From Chlamydiales bacterium (lineage in GTDB: Bacteria > Chlamydiota > Chlamydiia > Chlamydiales > SM23-39), in assembly GCA_035480615.1 (NCBI GenBank), contig DATIHO010000048.1:2849-66848 (forward strand): a DNA stretch of 64,000 nucleotides. Reading direction: 5' to 3'. Below the pieces are notes generated by a model, which was not told where the DNA came from, did not search any database, and saw only the letters and a program-made list of their open reading frames with translations. This document shows positions 52,945 to 59,708 of this stretch, one piece after another; the first letter of the stretch is position 1; the number at the start of each line of letters is the position of its first letter. The position numbers were made by a program, and so were the translations under genes.

Positions 52945-54551
52945 ATTCTTCTCCCTAAAGGATCATAAAGGGAATCGCTGCATTGGAGAAGTTTTTTCCA
53001 TAACAGGCAAGCTTCATCCGGGGCGAATTTCTTTTTTGTTGAAGACGCATAGCGGCAAACCGCCATGTCCAATTTTTTTCCAATCGACCAGGCATCTAAA
53101 AAATCAAAAAAATCCTCGGGCTGTAAAAGAGAAGGAAGGGCATCGATTGCAATTGTCTTTTTCCCAATCCACCTGCATTCAATTCCCATGCTTTGCAGCT
53201 CATCTACTATTTGTTCGTCTTTGACCGAAACCTCAATAGGCCACATAAGCGCCTGTGCTGCCGTCGGCCCTTTTTTGATGGACTCATATAAAACTCTGGC
53301 GTGAGCTTTTTTCAAGTCGATAAGAAGCAGTTCTTCGGCTTGCAAAAGAAACAGGCCATCCAAAATGGCCAATGGACGCAAGGCAAAAGAAAAATCAAAA
53401 GAGGGGGAAGGGGCAGGTTTTTGTGTTTGAGTGGGCAATTCTTCCGTGAAAGAAAAAGGGGCCGCCGCAAAAGAAAGGCTTCGGGAAAAAACGAGAGCCG
53501 GAGGTTGAAGCGCGGAGGCTACCGCATGTTCCACTTTCCGGAATATTTTTTTCTCGTCTGCAAAACGGACCTCTTTTTTTTGAGGATGGACGTTGACGTC
53601 GACGAGATCGGGGGCGAGTTCTAAAAAAAGAATAAAAGAAGGGAAGCGCGCTTCGTCGATTCTCGTCCCCAATCCCGCTTTTACAGCTTTCGCAATCAAA
53701 GGGGAAAATACGGCTCGTTTATTGATAAAAAGATATTGGCTTCTTCTTTGTGCGTTCGCCTCTTCGGGAGAGGCAAGCAATCCCCAAATTCCACAGCCCA
53801 GAATCTCATGCGGCATGGGATTTAAAAGTGCTGCAATTCTTTTTTTTTGCTCTTGAGATTCTAGTTCCAGGATGATTTTCCCATCGGATTCTAACGAAAA
53901 GGAGATTTCGGGATGCGCGAGCGCGGCTATTTCTACAACCCGCATGACAGCAGAGCGATTTGCCGCTGCTGATTTTAAAAACTTTTTTCTCGCCGGCACA
54001 TTAAAAAAGAGATCGCGCACCCAAACGCTTGTCCCGCGATTGCGGGCGCAAGGCTCGATCGTTGTAATTTTCCCCCCTTCGGCTGCGATGCGGGTTCCAA
54101 TGCCCTGTCCTTCGGAAGTTCGCATTTCAAAGTGGGAAACGGCGGCAATTGCTGCAAGAGCCTCTCCTCGAAACCCCATCGTTGTAAGGGCGAATAAATC
54201 GTTTTCCGTCCGAATTTTTGATGTAGCATGCCGCTCCAAAGATAACCGGGCATCTTCCTGATCCATCCCCCATCCGTCATCTTCAATTTTCAGCGATGAC
54301 ATTCCTCCTTCTTCAATGAAGATTTTAATCGTTTGCGCGCCTGCATCAAGGCTGTTCTCGATCAATTCTTTCGCAATTGCCGCCGGATTTTCAATCACTT
54401 CGCCGGCAGCGATTTTATTGATTACGTCTTCTGTAAGATGAACGATTTTTTGCGACACATTATCTCGACTTTGTACAATTTTGCGATCAACTCGCTGACG
54501 CTCGTTGATCGTAAGATTGGACAAGAAAAAAGTTGATAGAGAGCGCTCCAT
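52893..54551 (-). CDS. mutL: DNA mismatch repair protein MutL
   Basis: The GHKL N-terminus is INKIAAGEVIENPAAIAKELIENSLDAGA, DDGWGM, FRGEALAAI. The true start is probably the GVSQKIVHL GTG at ~54458. Confidence 0.9.
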   Translation of the reverse strand: MERSLSTFFLSNLTINERQRVDRKIVQSRDNVSQKIVHLTEDVINKIAAGEVIENPAAIAKELIENSLDAGAQTIKIFIEEGGMSSLKIEDDGWGMDQEDARLSLERHATSKIRTENDLFALTTMGFRGEALAAIAAVSHFEMRTSEGQGIGTRIAAEGGKITTIEPCARNRGTSVWVRDLFFNVPARKKFLKSAAANRSAVMRVVEIAALAHPEISFSLESDGKIILELESQEQKKRIAALLNPMPHEILGCGIWGLLASPEEANAQRRSQYLFINKRAVFSPLIAKAVKAGLGTRIDEARFPSFILFLELAPDLVDVNVHPQKKEVRFADEKKIFRKVEHAVASALQPPALVFSRSLSFAAAPFSFTEELPTQTQKPAPSPSFDFSFALRPLAILDGLFLLQAEELLLIDLKKAHARVLYESIKKGPTAAQALMWPIEVSVKDEQIVDELQSMGIECRWIGKKTIAIDALPSLLQPEDFFDFLDAWSIGKKLDMAVCRYASSTKKKFAPDEACLLWKKLLQCSDSLYDPLGRRIWKNVNIEQLKKILEDS

Positions 54552-54746
54552 CTCACATACTCTCTATCTCGCAACATTTTATCGGTTCTTCTCCCTTTCT
54601 CGGTACTTTTTTCTAAGCCTTCTTGGCAAAAAGCTTTGACACTTCTCCATAGATCTATTTGATAGATTTTGTTAGACTTCGTGCAAGCGCGAGTATTTTT
54701 CATCCAGAAAACGCATAATATTTCCCTTAGATATTCTATAAAAAAC

Positions 54747-55523
54747 ATGAAGTGGCTCTATCTTTTCATTCCTTTCCATCTTTTTAGCGCATATGTGGGT
54801 AATCCGGCCAATCCGGCTATTATGAATACCGGGTTTTTTTCTTTAAATTATCCATTTGTTAAAGGGACAAGCGGATATATTTACGACTATACTTCCAACA
54901 AGCGCTATACTGCAGATCAGCAAAATCCCGACTTCGATCCGAACCAAACGTTTAAAGAATTCGGTCTTCATTCGCAGCTTGCTACTTTTTCTATGATTTT
55001 TGTGGAGAGAATGGAAATTTTTGGATCAGCGGGAGGAACAAAAGAACAAGCGAAAGGGCGTACCCACCCGTCTTTTTTGGAAGATTTTGAGAGCCATTAT
55101 CAATTTGCCTGGAGCGCAGGAACAAAAATTGTCCTTATTCAATGGGGAAAAACTTATCTCAGCTGTGACTTCACGTATTTTGCTATCCCTGAATCCAGCA
55201 AAACATTTTTCAAATTCCTCAACCACTTGCATTTACCTATCGATTTCTCACAACACAACTTGGCATTGCAAGAATGGCAGTTCAGCGGAGCCCTCTCTTC
55301 CCGTTTTGCTTTTTTGACTCCCTATGCTGGAGGGACTTATCTTCATTCTCGTCTTCACGTAAGTTCGACCCCTGAAACAGGCCCGATAGATTTTCATAAC
55401 GAACGTAAATTTGGATGGTTTTTCGGATTGACCGCCTCAGTGACAGGCCGTTTCCATCTTAATGTGGAAAGACGTGTCCGAGACGAATTTGGATATACCT
55501 TTTCTACGATCGCTGTATTTTAA
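54747..55523 (+). CDS. Small MOMP/PorB-like outer-membrane beta-barrel protein
   Basis: The start is set at MKWLYLFIPFHLFSA (a signal peptide). The mature N-terminus YVGNPANPAIMNTGFF resembles the chlamydial MOMP VGNPAEP signature. The protein ends ...FSTIAVF. Confidence 0.55.
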   Translation: MKWLYLFIPFHLFSAYVGNPANPAIMNTGFFSLNYPFVKGTSGYIYDYTSNKRYTADQQNPDFDPNQTFKEFGLHSQLATFSMIFVERMEIFGSAGGTKEQAKGRTHPSFLEDFESHYQFAWSAGTKIVLIQWGKTYLSCDFTYFAIPESSKTFFKFLNHLHLPIDFSQHNLALQEWQFSGALSSRFAFLTPYAGGTYLHSRLHVSSTPETGPIDFHNERKFGWFFGLTASVTGRFHLNVERRVRDEFGYTFSTIAVF

Positions 55524-55533
55524 ACCGCATTTC

Positions 55534-55749
55534 TCACATTGATCCACGTTTGGCATGGCAGTTGCAACAAGAACTTGAACATTTGCAAGAAGACGAATCG
55601 TAGACATTACTTGTTCTGCATGTACACTCTTCCGGGCAGTTGCCAGCGTCACAACCTTTTGAGCTTACGCAAGCAGCCATTCCAATGCAGAGAAAAGAAA
55701 ATAAAACTTTTTTTATACAAACACCCCTTTTTTCCTGATATACCGACAC
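55534..55749 (-). CDS. Small cysteine-rich lipoprotein candidate (OmcA-like)
   Basis: 71 aa with a GTG start. A signal sequence and lipobox-like KKVLFSFLCIGMAAC are followed by about a dozen Cys in ~45 aa (CDAGNCPEECTCR...CKCSSSCCNC). Confidence 0.45.
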   Translation of the reverse strand: MSVYQEKRGVCIKKVLFSFLCIGMAACVSSKGCDAGNCPEECTCRTSNVYDSSSCKCSSSCCNCHAKRGSM

Positions 55750-55891
55750 AACCTGAAGAATCGGGAATGTGACAAGGAGGCGGCTTTAGTTTTTTGCGTC
55801 TGGAGCGAGCGACCATTGCCTATGGCAAGGCGCGAGTAACCCCAAAAAAATGCTGCCAAGCCGACGTCGTCAAAAACCGATTCTTCAGGTT
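55750..55891. repeat. Long imperfect palindrome P4 (~142 bp; termini AACCTGAAGAATCGG/CCGATTCTTCAGGTT; core shared with P3)
   Basis: The termini are perfect complements over 14 bp. The core (55791-55848) is about 55/59 identical to the P3 core. Confidence 0.85.
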
Positions 55892-55905
55892 GTTTCGGTA
55901 TATAT

Positions 55906-56013
55906 CTATTTTATTGATTTGAGAACATCTTCTTTTGAATACATCGTCGCCCATTCTATCACAAGTCCTAAAACTCGTGGCGGGAGATTGCCTTGTATCA
56001 AAGTTATCGGATG
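55906..56013 (-). pseudogene. DUF4160-family C-terminal remnant
   Basis: The tail of the listed 62-aa ORF reads ITLIQGNLPPRVLGLVIEWATMYSKEDVL. This matches the G.LP.R.L.LV.EWA...EL block of DUF4160. The N-terminal HxH half is absent. Confidence 0.35.
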
Positions 56014-56077
56014 TGATCTGAGCAAGACTGTCAAAATGACTTTGCAGCTTTTTAATGACTTCACTATTAGAAGAGTG

Positions 56078-57184
56078 TTACTTGATAATTTCAAAAAGAG
56101 AGACGTCTTTGAGATCTGAACAACGTGGCCTTTCTAACAAAACACCTGAGATACGAACGTACTGATTCTGCTTATGAGCATCACAAGCAATTGCATAAAA
56201 TTTTGGCCCAAAAAGCACTTTGGCTTTTGTCTGAGGTTCATCCGCAAGAAGAGTTAGCGTTGCTTCCCCCTGCATATTTCCTTGCTCATCGGCCTCTCCG
56301 TGCAAGGTCAAAACCTTGCCTATAAAGAGGTCTTGATTTACTTCGGTCTGAGGTTTTAGCTTCTGACCAATCCTAACAATCGAAGGAAAATGACGATCTT
56401 GAATTTCAACTTTAGCAGGTACTTTCTCGTCTATAGGAATTTCTGAAGACCATTTCATTTCGAAATCAAAATGAATGGGAGTTTCATCAGGTTTCATCTC
56501 AGCTAATCCAAGACAAAGATTAGCATTTAAACGAAATTCTTCCTCTTCACCCAAAACATCAGCCTTTTCACTGAGTTCAATCAATTTACTGAGAGACCTC
56601 ATTAAATATTCTGCAACCCTTCTTGAAAAGGGAAGTTCTTCTGAATCTTTCTCTAAAGGTAATCTGAGAGTTAAAATATAACTTCCAGCTTCAGGAACTA
56701 CTGAGCGGCATCTATTCATCCATTGCTCAGCAGCAGCTGAATATAACCTCTTAAAATATGGTTTTGGATCACGAACCGACCGAGCAGCTGCAAACAGAAC
56801 TTTACGAACGCCTTCCTCTATAATCCCCTTATCAAGATAAGGCATACAACCACTGCCAATGCGTTCCCCTTTAATCCTGATTTTCAAAACATCCCACTTT
56901 TGCAGCAACACTTCTTCTACAATGTCTCTTGCAGAGCTGTGTTCCTTTTTCGCTAAATACTGAACAGCTTCTTGAATTCTTTGATGATAATCTGCGTAAG
57001 TTCGATCTTTCGGCAAAACAATCTCTTCTTCTTGATCATCAAGCAATTTACGCAAAACTGCGATATCAGGCTCAGATTCCATTACTGTCCATCCTCGACT
57101 CTTTAAATAATCGATCAATGGCTCAGAAAAAAGCTCGCGATCAACAGGATACATAAGCAGGCTCCTCTCTATTAGCAGCGGCAA
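56078..57184 (-). CDS. Hypothetical 368-aa protein, downstream partner of the DUF4365-like gene
   Basis: A long uninterrupted ORF that overlaps the upstream gene (the probable start MYPVDREL at ~57154 still overlaps by 14 nt). No family recognised. Confidence 0.5.
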   Translation of the reverse strand: MPLLIERSLLMYPVDRELFSEPLIDYLKSRGWTVMESEPDIAVLRKLLDDQEEEIVLPKDRTYADYHQRIQEAVQYLAKKEHSSARDIVEEVLLQKWDVLKIRIKGERIGSGCMPYLDKGIIEEGVRKVLFAAARSVRDPKPYFKRLYSAAAEQWMNRCRSVVPEAGSYILTLRLPLEKDSEELPFSRRVAEYLMRSLSKLIELSEKADVLGEEEEFRLNANLCLGLAEMKPDETPIHFDFEMKWSSEIPIDEKVPAKVEIQDRHFPSIVRIGQKLKPQTEVNQDLFIGKVLTLHGEADEQGNMQGEATLTLLADEPQTKAKVLFGPKFYAIACDAHKQNQYVRISGVLLERPRCSDLKDVSLFEIIK

Positions 57185-57659
57185 TCATTAGTTCTTGGAT
57201 TGTCTTGTCTGTAATTCTTTGCGATTGTGTCATATAAACTGTTTCAGATGTGCGGTTCTCACTTGCACTCAGCCCTCTCAAGCTTTTCCAAAAGCCTCTG
57301 CCATAAAGTGAGATTTTTTCTTCATCGAAATCGAACCAATCCTTTTCCACAGGCAAAAAAAGAACAACCAAAATTTTCGGCACCATCGTATTCGCTCGGA
57401 GATCGTCATAATTTTTCTTAGATAAGTTAAATGCGATCGGATCATCAAAGCACTCTTGTTTAGTCGTCTTTAATTGAACATCAATCTTGGGTGATAAGAG
57501 AATGCCTTTTGAACCCTCAATTCTTCCCTTACTGCAAATAGTTACGTCAACGCTATCCATATCGATTCGAGTAGCCTCTAAGGAATAACCAAAACGCGTT
57601 GCTAAAGTGTGAATGTAGATGTAGCTAATCTCTTGCTTTATACCATTTGGCGTCAGCAC
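57141..57659 (-). CDS. DUF4365-like protein (PD-(D/E)xK restriction-endonuclease fold)
   Basis: EISYIYIHTLATRFGYSLEATRIDMDSVDVTI...IDVQLKTT...PKILVVLFLPVEKDWF...GFWKSLRG...SETVYM matches my recollection of the DUF4365 pattern (D..GID..I...vQvK, then LvVv.vP...W...yW.sL). Not verified by HMM. Confidence 0.5.
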   Translation of the reverse strand: MLTPNGIKQEISYIYIHTLATRFGYSLEATRIDMDSVDVTICSKGRIEGSKGILLSPKIDVQLKTTKQECFDDPIAFNLSKKNYDDLRANTMVPKILVVLFLPVEKDWFDFDEEKISLYGRGFWKSLRGLSASENRTSETVYMTQSQRITDKTIQELMIAAANREEPAYVSC

Positions 57660-57749
57660 ATTCTTCCCTAAAATGGAGGTAGTTTATCCTATTCGATGAA
57701 TTTGCAAAAGTCCCTATCTCAAAGCGGTGCAATTTTCTTCTGCAGCCTC

Positions 57750-59453
57750 TTATTCGGGTGGGTTCTTGGAAAAGGTCATTGTGATTTGTTTTTGATAGAA
57801 ACGAAAAATAAAACGCTTTAGAATTCTTTCCTTAGTCTCCTTAATAAAAACCAACTTATTATGAAATCTTCCAAAAACTTTTTGGTAAGATTCTATGATT
57901 GATTGATTATCCGGTTTTTTATGGAAAAAAATGCAAACAAATTGATTCTGTTCCTGAAATTTTTTTGCTTCCTGAAAGACTTGCTCCATTGATTCAGGAC
58001 AGGTGGGAACCAATCGAATCGAATCGATCCAACCATTGATCCATGGAAAGTGATGAAAATAACGATCCGGAAGGAACAGTTTTAAATTCGGAAGACAAGA
58101 AAAAAGCAAAATGGCATCCCACCATGAATTGCTTTCCAAAATAATCAACTCGGATGGCTTGGGCAAAGGGGAGATCACATTGAGTTTTCGAAATCGTTTT
58201 AAAATTTTTTGTGCAAAAAATGGAAACAGGAAACTCGAAAGCCTGCCGGCAATGATAGTGCTTGCTATAAACGACAAAATCCCCATAAAGATAAAACCAT
58301 TCGATGCCGAAAAACCCAATTCTTCACTAATTAAATACAAGAAAAAAGCTGCCAGAAGAACGCCGATGAAACTAAAAAAGTTTGATGCGGCAATCACCTG
58401 CCCCCTTTTTGCATCAGGGCTGTTCACTTGAATAAAAGAATCAAAAGGGATGAGAAAGCCTCCTCCTACAATCCCAAGGAGAGTCAAATTGATAATTGTG
58501 ACAATCAATGAGAAGGAAAATAAAGATAAAGTAAAGAAAAACAGGGCAATAAAAAATCCGGCGACACAAGAAATTCCAGGTTCTACCCGGTCTTTCGAAA
58601 GCTGTCCGGCAATCACCGCCCCGATTGCAATTCCTACCGCGGTGGCTAAAAAAAGATATCCTCCTCCCACTTCGCTCAAATGAAGCGATTGCATAGCGAA
58701 TGGAATGATATTGAGTTGTGTAAATGCCCCGATAAAAAGAAAAAACGCGGAAGAAAAAATCGCAGTCAAAAGATGCGGCACATCCCAACTTGCCTTGAGG
58801 GTTTGATAAATTTCATAGAAAAAAAACGGATTGATTTTTTTTGTCGATCTTTGCGGTTCCGTTCGACGAATTCCAAGACTTGTTAACAAACCAATCACAG
58901 CAATAAAAACACAAAAAAATGAAACAAAAAGAAAATTCTTATGCGTTATGTCTGTGAGCAATGAAGCTAAAAAAGTTCCCAGGATAATTGCTAAATAAGT
59001 GAGCGATGTGAGAGAGCCATTGGCTTTGGAAACCATTTTTTCTTCGACCAATTCAGGAATAATGCCATATTTTGAAGGGCCGAAAAGGGCGCTTTGCGCT
59101 GCCATGCAAAAAAGGCAAATATAAGATCCTGATTCAGATTGAAAAGAAATAGCAAACACTGAAGAAATCAATATAATTAATTCGAGCAATTTAGCTATTA
59201 CTATAATAGTCCTTTTGCTGATTTTATCTGCTAATACGCCCGCCCCTGATGAAAAAAGAAGGAAAGGAATCACGAAAATTGCGCCTGCTAAAGACAAGAT
59301 GGTTGGAGCGGCTGCCGCTCCCTTTACATTGATTAAAAGATAAATCACCAGCAGTTTAAATATATTGTCATTTAAAGCGCCCAAAAATTGCGTCGCATTT
59401 AAAAGATAAAAAGACCGGTAATCATTTTTTTTAAAGAACCAACGCAATTGCAT
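57750..59453 (-). CDS. LplT-like MFS lysophospholipid transporter fused to a degenerate acyltransferase-like C-terminal domain
   Basis: The N-terminus is FYLLNATQFLGALNDNIFKLLVIYLL, followed by ~12 TM segments. The C-terminal ~150 aa align with the PlsC-type layout. ESNSWWD replaces NHxSxxD, and FFHKKPDN replaces FPEGTR. Confidence 0.6.
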   Translation of the reverse strand: MQLRWFFKKNDYRSFYLLNATQFLGALNDNIFKLLVIYLLINVKGAAAAPTILSLAGAIFVIPFLLFSSGAGVLADKISKRTIIVIAKLLELIILISSVFAISFQSESGSYICLFCMAAQSALFGPSKYGIIPELVEEKMVSKANGSLTSLTYLAIILGTFLASLLTDITHKNFLFVSFFCVFIAVIGLLTSLGIRRTEPQRSTKKINPFFFYEIYQTLKASWDVPHLLTAIFSSAFFLFIGAFTQLNIIPFAMQSLHLSEVGGGYLFLATAVGIAIGAVIAGQLSKDRVEPGISCVAGFFIALFFFTLSLFSFSLIVTIINLTLLGIVGGGFLIPFDSFIQVNSPDAKRGQVIAASNFFSFIGVLLAAFFLYLISEELGFSASNGFIFMGILSFIASTIIAGRLSSFLFPFFAQKILKRFRKLNVISPLPKPSELIILESNSWWDAILLFSCLPNLKLFLPDRYFHHFPWINGWIDSIRLVPTCPESMEQVFQEAKKFQEQNQFVCIFFHKKPDNQSIIESYQKVFGRFHNKLVFIKETKERILKRFIFRFYQKQITMTFSKNPPE

Positions 59454-59464
59454 CCTATTGGGTC

Positions 59465-59631
59465 AACCTGAGTGTTGGGTTCAGTTTATAGAGAATTGTC
59501 ACAGATTTCGAGGCAATTTTTGAAGATTTTGACGGGCCCAAGCTAGAAAGCACCTATGGGCTCGTCAAAATCTTCGAAAATTGCCCGAAAGATGCGACAA
59601 GGCTCTATGAAATGAACCCAAAACTCAGGTT
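59465..59631. repeat. Long imperfect palindrome P5 (~167 bp; termini AACCTGAGTGTTGGGTTCA/TGAACCCAAAACTCAGGTT)
   Basis: The arms are about 75 bp around the centre aagctagaaagcacctat. P5 lies between the divergent genes starting at 59453 (-) and 59709 (+). Confidence 0.85.
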
Positions 59632-59708
59632 ATATCAAGGGTATCTAGTCCCCCTTGCTCTTGCAACAGAAAAAGCGTGATTTACGAGTATCTACTCTGC
59701 AATACTTG

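Noticed and set aside
54624-54639. Sigma-54 promoter-like TTGGCAAAAAGCTTTGA upstream of the MOMP-like gene
   Set aside because: The GG-to-GC spacing is off by one relative to TGGCAC-N5-TTGC, and the -12 element reads TTTG. That is too weak to call without a position weight matrix scan.
4350-59631. Long palindromes as integron attC sites or a CRISPR-like array
   Set aside because: No intI integrase is present. There are no RYYYAAC/GTTRRRY end consensus sequences, no regular spacing and no shared repeat unit. The elements are scattered among housekeeping genes.
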